Origin: Minisyncoccota bacterium | GTDB taxonomy: Bacteria; Patescibacteriota; Minisyncoccia; Phycocordibacterales; JBAYLF01 | Direction: 5' to 3' | Length of the DNA: 64,000 nucleotides | Assembly: GCA_041664205.1 (NCBI GenBank) | Contig: JBAYLF010000001.1 | Coordinates: 67,380 to 131,379 of the forward strand | Shown: positions 57,867 through 64,000 of the stretch, piece by piece | Position numbering within the stretch: the stretch's first letter is position 1 | Layout: each line of letters begins with the position of its first letter | Position numbers and translations under genes: made by a program | The notes under the pieces: generated by a model | Databases searched by the model: none | The model's input: the letters and a program-made list of their open reading frames with translations, nothing else | Told to the model about the DNA's origin: nothing

Positions 57867-59219
57867 ATGCTAGAAACAAAAAAACTTTGGGAAAGCGTTT
57901 TGGTGGATATGGAGTTGTCAGTATCGAAAGCAAATTTCAGTACATGGTTTAAAAATACCTCAATTATTAAAATTGAAGACGGTGTTGTGAGTGTTGCTGT
58001 TCCTAATGAGTTTGTTAAGGATTGGTTAATCAATAAATTTCATAAACTTATTTTAAAATCCTTAAGAAATCTATCAGAAAGCACCCGATCTATAGAATAT
58101 ATTGTAATTAAAGATATAAATAACAAAAAGGAGTTTGAAGAAAAACCAAAATACCTAGCTAACTTATCTACTAATACTCTTCCTTTAAATGATTTTTATA
58201 TTAATAAGGATGATAATTTAAATCCTAAATACACGTTTGAAAACTTTGTTGTTGGACCTTTCAACGAACTTGCATTTGCTGCATCCCAAGCAATCATTAA
58301 AAAACCTGGTATTGCATATAATCCATTATTTATTTTCGGTAGCACAGGACATGGTAAAACACATCTTATTCAAGCAATAGGTAATGCTTTAAAACACTCA
58401 AATAAAGATATAAAAATATTCTATGCAACATCTGAAAAATTCAGTGTAGACTATGTAACTTCACTTCAAACCAACAAAGTTAACTTCTTTAAAGAAAAAT
58501 ACAGAAAATATGATGTTTTAATCATGGATGATATTCAATTTCTTTCAGGAAAAGAAAAAATACAAGAAGAACTTTTTCATTTATTTAACACTCTTTACGA
58601 CAATAATAAACAAATTGTGTTTTCATCAGACAAACACGTAAATTACATTCCAAATTTAGAAGAAAGATTAAAATCAAGATTTGGAGCAGGAATGATAGTA
58701 GAAATTCCACAACCTGATCAAGAATCACGTATCGCAATTTTAAAAACTAAGGCACAATTTCATAATTTTCCACTATCTCATGAAATGTGTGATTACTTAG
58801 CTTCTGCAATTGAAGGAAATATAAGAGAACTTGAATCAATCATAAACGCAATTATGTGCCAATCTCAGATCAAAAACAGAGAATTAAGTCTTCTTGAGGT
58901 TAAACACCTTATAAAAGACAGTGCTAAACCAAAAAAGAATGTTTCGATCAAAGATATAATTAAAATTGTTGCAGATTATTACAAAATAGATGAAGAAAGC
59001 ATTTATGAAAAAACAAGAAGAAAAGAGGTTGTTAGACCAAGACAACTAATAATGTATATTTTAAGAGAAGATTTTAGTGTTTCATACCCAACCATAGGAC
59101 AAAAACTAGGAGGAAGAGATCATACGACAGTTATACATTCGTGTGAAAAGATTAAAAATGATATTAAAACCGATCCAACACTTCAACAAGAAATAAATAA
59201 GATAAGATCGATGATATGA
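57867..59219 (+). CDS. dnaA: Chromosomal replication initiator DnaA
   Basis: AAA+ Walker A GSTGHGKTHL, Walker B VLIMDDIQF, and a C-terminal DNA-binding domain. Confidence 0.95.
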   Translation: MLETKKLWESVLVDMELSVSKANFSTWFKNTSIIKIEDGVVSVAVPNEFVKDWLINKFHKLILKSLRNLSESTRSIEYIVIKDINNKKEFEEKPKYLANLSTNTLPLNDFYINKDDNLNPKYTFENFVVGPFNELAFAASQAIIKKPGIAYNPLFIFGSTGHGKTHLIQAIGNALKHSNKDIKIFYATSEKFSVDYVTSLQTNKVNFFKEKYRKYDVLIMDDIQFLSGKEKIQEELFHLFNTLYDNNKQIVFSSDKHVNYIPNLEERLKSRFGAGMIVEIPQPDQESRIAILKTKAQFHNFPLSHEMCDYLASAIEGNIRELESIINAIMCQSQIKNRELSLLEVKHLIKDSAKPKKNVSIKDIIKIVADYYKIDEESIYEKTRRKEVVRPRQLIMYILREDFSVSYPTIGQKLGGRDHTTVIHSCEKIKNDIKTDPTLQQEINKIRSMI

Positions 59220-59488
59220 CCTTTATATTAAAGACACAGATGTGAATATACTGTTAAGAACTGTGTTTATTAGTTTAGGAGAAAGTGTTTTTAATTTATA
59301 ACAATTTCAAGCCTTTCTGAAAAACTAACGAAAGTAATCATTTATTGTTTATAAGTTATCAACACTTCATTAAAAACAATTTTTATTTAAACAGTTCTGA
59401 TTAAAGTTATTCCGAGATATCCACTTATCCACAGTTATAATAATAGTAATAATCTTATATATATAATAACTAAGAAATACTAAGAACA
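59220..59488. promoter_or_regulatory. Candidate oriC / DnaA-box region between dnaA and dnaN
   Basis: Perfect DnaA box TTATCCACA at 59426-59434 with the adjacent atatccact (7/9), and ttatcaaca (8/9) near 59349, in an AT-rich spacer. Confidence 0.5.
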
Positions 59489-60589
59489 ATGAAATTAGAA
59501 ATTTTAAAAGACGCATTAGCAAATGCAATATATAAGTCAGAAAAGATTGCAGTTAAAAATGCAACACTTCCTGTCTTAAGTTGTGTATTAATTACAGCAT
59601 CAAAAAATGCAGTTAAGATACGCACAACAAACCTTGATATAGGTTTAGAAATATCTATTCCTGCAAAAGTTGAAGTAGAAGGAGCTATCGCTGTTCCAGC
59701 AAATATTTTGAATTCCTTTCTAAATGGTTTAGGTAATGAAAAAAGTATTATTTTAGAGGCAGATGAAAATAAACTATCTGTATTAACATCACATGTTTCA
59801 ACATCTATTAATTTATTAAATCATAATGATTACCCAACTATTCCTATTATTTCTGAAGGAGAATCATTTTTAATTAATTCTTCTGATTTTACTAAAGGTG
59901 TAAAAGCTGTTTATTACAGTTCTGCTGTTTCAAGTATGAAACCAGAACTTGCTAGTGTTTTTATTTATACAGATGGTGATTGGATATACTTTGTTGCAAC
60001 TGATTCTTTCCGCTTAGCTGAGAAAAAAATTAAGGCTGGAAAAAGAAAGGAATTTTCACCACTTCTTATTCCTTTTAAAAATACTATTGAAATTGCCAGA
60101 ATTTTTGAAAATGTGAACGGAGAGATAAAAGTTATTGTTGGTAAGAATCAAATATCTATCTTTTATGAAAATTTTTATATAACATCGAGAGTTGTTGATG
60201 GAAATTTTCCTGATTACAAACAGTTTTTTCCAAAAGATTTTCTTACAGAAGTTGTTGTTCTTAAACAGGATATTATCGATATTTTTAAATTATCCAATAT
60301 TTTTTCAGATAATTTTAACCGTATTCGTTTTGAGATCAATCCTTCACGTAAAACATTTGAGATTATTACAAAAAATACTTCAATTGGTGAGAATACAAGT
60401 AAGGTTGATGCTGTTTTAAAAGGCGAAAGTGTTGATTTGAGTTTTAATTACAAATATATTGCTGATAGTTTTCAATCTATAGATTCTGATAGTATAGGTT
60501 TTTATTTTAATGGTCCCAATAAGCCGGCTATAATGAAAGGAATATCTGATAATTCTTTTAATTATATGGTTATGCCAATGAATAGGTAA
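59489..60589 (+). CDS. dnaN: DNA polymerase III beta sliding clamp
   Basis: 366 aa three-domain clamp pattern, directly after dnaA. Confidence 0.9.
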   Translation: MKLEILKDALANAIYKSEKIAVKNATLPVLSCVLITASKNAVKIRTTNLDIGLEISIPAKVEVEGAIAVPANILNSFLNGLGNEKSIILEADENKLSVLTSHVSTSINLLNHNDYPTIPIISEGESFLINSSDFTKGVKAVYYSSAVSSMKPELASVFIYTDGDWIYFVATDSFRLAEKKIKAGKRKEFSPLLIPFKNTIEIARIFENVNGEIKVIVGKNQISIFYENFYITSRVVDGNFPDYKQFFPKDFLTEVVVLKQDIIDIFKLSNIFSDNFNRIRFEINPSRKTFEIITKNTSIGENTSKVDAVLKGESVDLSFNYKYIADSFQSIDSDSIGFYFNGPNKPAIMKGISDNSFNYMVMPMNR

Positions 60590-60608
60590 TATTAGTTAGT
60601 ATGTTTCT

Positions 60609-60890
60609 TTGTTATTCTATTTGTTTCATACTTTTATGTTACACATTTCTGATTATTTTAAGAAAATTAAAGATGTTGAGTTAAAAAGTTTTGCCACCAG
60701 AGATGTTATAGTTGTTGCAGTTTTAAAAGTAATAGGTCTAAAGTTGGAATATAAAGATATAACTATAAAAAACAGAACCGTTTACTTAAAAGTTTCACCT
60801 CTGATAAAAAATGAAGTCTACATTAATAAAAAAGCTATTTTAGAGGAAATAAATAAAGAAAAGATGCTTAATATTGATGATATAAGATAA
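60609..60890 (+). CDS. DciA/DUF721-like small protein (candidate helicase-loader accessory)
   Basis: Position immediately after dnaN. IKNRTVYLKVSPLIKNEVYINKKAILEEIN loosely resembles the DUF721 core. Confidence 0.3.
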   Translation: MLFYLFHTFMLHISDYFKKIKDVELKSFATRDVIVVAVLKVIGLKLEYKDITIKNRTVYLKVSPLIKNEVYINKKAILEEINKEKMLNIDDIR

Positions 60891-60941
60891 TTATTACAAA
60901 AACACACTCGGAAAATCCGAGTGTGTTTTTTGTTTCATATT

Positions 60942-63467
60942 TTATCTAACTAAGAAATTTATAGAAGCTTCTTTTTCGTTATATTGGCTATCTTTTACTT
61001 TTACTTTAAGAATATTTATTTTATCTTGCAATATTGAGTCAATATCACTTGGTGTAAATGAAAAACTAAATGGTGATGTTTCTGAAAAACCTACAAAAAC
61101 ATTATTAATATAGTAATCAGCCCTTGTTATTGGGTATTTACTACTAAGAGAAAGGTTTACTCTGAAACTTGTTCCTATGTCTAATATTTGGAGATTTGTT
61201 GGTGTTGTTATTGAAACATTAGGAATTGAATCTTGAGTATGAACAGTGTCAAAACCTAAGGGAGTTTGGTTATTTATAAGATTTTGCTTAGTTGCCCAAT
61301 CTAAGACAGGTTTTTCCCAAAGATAGAATGAAGGATCGTCAGCTGGATTTTTAGGTGCTGGGCCTAAGGGATCAGATCTGTCTATCCAGAAAAGTTCTGA
61401 ATGTATATTGTTAATAAATTTTTCTTCTTTTAATTCTGATGGAGTCATATTTGTTGCGAGTTCTCCAGAAGATTTATTAATAATATAACTTTGATCTCCT
61501 TGCCAAACTCCGCGGATAATAGGTTTCATTTTTGTTTCATCAACTGGAAGTGGTTTTTCAAATTTTTCATCAGGTAATGTTTTGAGAAGTTCTGTCATAA
61601 AGGCATTCCACATAGGTGCCACAATCATACCTGCAACTTGTTTAACCATAGGACTGTTGTCATTATTTCCAACCCAAGCACCAACTGCAATTTGTGGAGT
61701 GTATCCAATAACCCACGCGTCGCGAGTGTCGTTTGTTGTTCCTGTTTTTGATGCGACATCTCTTCCTGAAAAATATAATGAGGAATTTGCTCCATAAGCT
61801 GGTATTTTTGCTTGATTGTCAGATAAAACATCTGTAATCATAAGTGCTGTTTGTTCCGGAAGAACTCGTGTTGATTGTGATTTATATTCTTCTAAAGTTT
61901 TTCCTTGATCATCCTCAATTTTTAAAATACCTGTAGGTGTATTTTTTTCTCCTTTGTTTGCAAATACAGAATAAACGCTAGTTAATTCTAGTGGAGAAAC
62001 TTCACCACCTCCAAGAACTAGAGTTAATCCATATTGTGCCGGATTAGTTAATGATTCAATACCCATATCTTTTGCTAACTGCAAAGAATCTTTTACTCCA
62101 ACAAGATATAGAAGTTTAATAGCTGGAATGTTAATTGATTGTGCTAAAGCATTTCGTAGAGATATAGGTCCGCGATATTTAAGATCATAATTTTCAGGCA
62201 TATAACAATCAGAACTTGAGTTTGATGCCTGTTTTGGATCAATTAGCTTTCCGTCAGGTGTGCAGTATGTGGAAAATTCTGTTTTAACATCAAACAAAAC
62301 AGTATCGGGAAGATATCCTTTATTAAATGCTTCTGCATACACAATTGGTTTGAATGCAGAACCTGGTTGCCTATGTGCAAGTGTAATATTAAAATTTCCT
62401 TCAATTGATTTATCAAAGTAGTCACGAGACCCCACCATTACAAGAATTTGCCCTGTAGGCGCATCAAGAGTGATAAGACCAGCATTCTTAGCTTTGAATT
62501 TTGTTTCGTTCTCTAGTGCGTATTTTTTAACGATCTCCTCTGCAATTTTTTGTAGATTATAATCAAGAGTTGTTGTAATTCTGAGTCCTCCCTCATCTAA
62601 AACATTTTGTCCATATTTTTTTTCAAGATAGTCTTTAATATAAAATACAAAATGAGGGGCTTTTATTGATCTGCTTTCTTGTTGTGCAAAAATAACTTTT
62701 TCATTAATAGCTTGATCATATTCGTCCTGAGTTATTTTTTTATAATCAAGCATTTTTCTGAGAACTAGATTTTTTCTAGCATCAAGTTTAGCTCGATTAC
62801 TTCCATAAGGAGAATAATAACTAGGTGCTTGAGGAAGTGCTGCTAAATATGCCGCTTCTGCAATATCTACATCTTTGGCACTTTTTCCAAAATATCCAAA
62901 ACTCGCTTCTTCAACCCCATATAAGTTGCCTCCATAAGGAGATTCATTAAGATACATTCCTAAAATAGTGTTTTTATTAGCAATCTGTTCAAGTTTGATA
63001 GCTAAAAATATTTCTTTTAGTTTTCTTGTTATTGTTTTATCTTTTGTTAAAAGTGTATTTTTAATAACTTGTTGAGTAATAGTAGAACCACCTTGACTGT
63101 ATCCACCAGCACCAATATTAGTAAGAATCGCGCGAAGAAATGCCTTAGGTTCAAATCCTTTATGATTATAAAAATTTACATCCTCAATTGATATTGTTGC
63201 ATCTTTTATATAAGGTGAAATCGAGTCAAATTGAACAACCGTTCTTTTCATATCTCCACCAAAATCATATAGTAAAACTTTTCCTGTTTTGTCGTAAATT
63301 TTAGTTGATTGAGAGACCACTCTTTGATCAAAAGAATCTAGCGCAGGTATTTTTAATGTTGCAGCCCAAAGTAAAATAGCGCCTGAAATTATGAATAAAA
63401 ACGACAAAATAACCAAAATTGAGGTTTTTAATAAGCTCCAATGTTTATTTTTTAATTTTTTTATCAT
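60942..63467 (-). CDS. Class A penicillin-binding protein (glycosyltransferase GT51 plus transpeptidase) with a C-terminal extra domain
   Basis: The GT51 motifs (GGSTITQQVIKN...), transpeptidase SxxK (GSAFKP), SxN and KTG(T), and a roughly 150 aa extension. Confidence 0.85.
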   Translation of the reverse strand: MIKKLKNKHWSLLKTSILVILSFLFIISGAILLWAATLKIPALDSFDQRVVSQSTKIYDKTGKVLLYDFGGDMKRTVVQFDSISPYIKDATISIEDVNFYNHKGFEPKAFLRAILTNIGAGGYSQGGSTITQQVIKNTLLTKDKTITRKLKEIFLAIKLEQIANKNTILGMYLNESPYGGNLYGVEEASFGYFGKSAKDVDIAEAAYLAALPQAPSYYSPYGSNRAKLDARKNLVLRKMLDYKKITQDEYDQAINEKVIFAQQESRSIKAPHFVFYIKDYLEKKYGQNVLDEGGLRITTTLDYNLQKIAEEIVKKYALENETKFKAKNAGLITLDAPTGQILVMVGSRDYFDKSIEGNFNITLAHRQPGSAFKPIVYAEAFNKGYLPDTVLFDVKTEFSTYCTPDGKLIDPKQASNSSSDCYMPENYDLKYRGPISLRNALAQSINIPAIKLLYLVGVKDSLQLAKDMGIESLTNPAQYGLTLVLGGGEVSPLELTSVYSVFANKGEKNTPTGILKIEDDQGKTLEEYKSQSTRVLPEQTALMITDVLSDNQAKIPAYGANSSLYFSGRDVASKTGTTNDTRDAWVIGYTPQIAVGAWVGNNDNSPMVKQVAGMIVAPMWNAFMTELLKTLPDEKFEKPLPVDETKMKPIIRGVWQGDQSYIINKSSGELATNMTPSELKEEKFINNIHSELFWIDRSDPLGPAPKNPADDPSFYLWEKPVLDWATKQNLINNQTPLGFDTVHTQDSIPNVSITTPTNLQILDIGTSFRVNLSLSSKYPITRADYYINNVFVGFSETSPFSFSFTPSDIDSILQDKINILKVKVKDSQYNEKEASINFLVR

Positions 63468-63576
63468 ATTTTAAATTATACATCATAAAACTTTGTTTGT
63501 TGTGTTTTGTAAAGATATATTGTTGATACTAAAAAGATACTAAAAAATTTCCCAATATGTTATATTATTTATAATT

Positions 63577-64000
63577 ATGTCCAAAAAAGACTTACAAAAC
63601 CTTTCAAATCCAGATATTAACGAGCTTTTGTCTCGAGGAATTGAAAAAATCTATCCGAACCAAGAATTTTTCAAAAAAAATCTAGAGGAACGAAAAATTA
63701 CTCTTTATTTTGGAATTGACCCTACTGGACCGACACTTCATCTTGGACACATGATAAGTCTAAAGAAATTAAGGGATTTTCAACTTTTAGGTCATAAAAT
63801 CATCTTACTTATAGGTGATTTTACAGCTACTATTGGTGACCCTTCTGGAAAGGAGAATACTCGCAAAATGCTTACTACGCAAGAAGTTTTAGATAATGCT
63901 AAGTTATACAAAGAACAGGCTAGTAAGTTTATTAGTTTTGAAGGTTCAAACAAGGCTGAAATTGAATACAACTCAAAATGGCTTTCAAAGATGACCTTTA
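63577..64000 (+). CDS. tyrS: Tyrosyl-tRNA synthetase (N-terminal part; continues beyond the window)
   Basis: GIDPTGPTLHLGH (HIGH-class motif). Confidence 0.85.
   Translation, partial: MSKKDLQNLSNPDINELLSRGIEKIYPNQEFFKKNLEERKITLYFGIDPTGPTLHLGHMISLKKLRDFQLLGHKIILLIGDFTATIGDPSGKENTRKMLTTQEVLDNAKLYKEQASKFISFEGSNKAEIEYNSKWLSKMTF

Overview
This 64 kb window is AT-rich (about 30% GC), gene-dense, and looks like a Candidate Phyla Radiation / Patescibacteria chromosome segment, probably Parcubacteria-like. Signs of this are rplK not followed by rplA, a truncated trigger factor, short single-domain housekeeping genes, and a secE-nusG-rplK cluster. The window contains the chromosomal replication origin neighbourhood (rpmH-rnpA divergent from dnaA-dnaN, then a DciA-like ORF). 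It also holds many housekeeping genes (ileS, argS, ppdK, nusA, tig, clpP, rny, hup, cca, rpsO, pnp, yidC-jag, a class A PBP, tyrS) and a deoxynucleotide metabolism cluster (dut, tmk, dCMP deaminase, dCTP deaminase, a divergent ThyX-like ORF).

The main accessory content is a roughly 13.5 kb type IV secretion-like / pilus-like locus on the minus strand at 22847-36304. It has a VirB4 ATPase, a stand-alone VirB4 N-domain-like protein, a VirB3/PrgI-like protein, a VirB6/TrbL-like polytopic protein with a long charged tail, a VirB2/TrbC-like pilin candidate, and several secreted or surface proteins (an InlB-B-repeat/Ig adhesin with GGGTT peptide repeats, and a thrombospondin-type-3 repeat protein). 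It has no VirD4 coupling protein or relaxase.

Other unusual items:
- Three tRNA genes (Gly-UCC, Pro-UGG, Gly-GCC) are each followed by a 137-141 bp GC-rich structured insert bounded by a 19-22 bp direct repeat of the tRNA 3' end, which is an att-like duplication.
- A double-hairpin palindromic repeat occurs twice.
- The IleRS gene carries an inserted SixA-like histidine phosphatase domain.
- A DedA-PAP2 fusion has a degenerate third phosphatase motif.
- A tandem pair of unknown paralogs shares a conserved leader and a perfect 27-bp palindrome.
- A cluster of perfect DnaA boxes lies about 9 kb from dnaA.

All calls are from reading the sequence and the supplied ORF track only; no searches were run.
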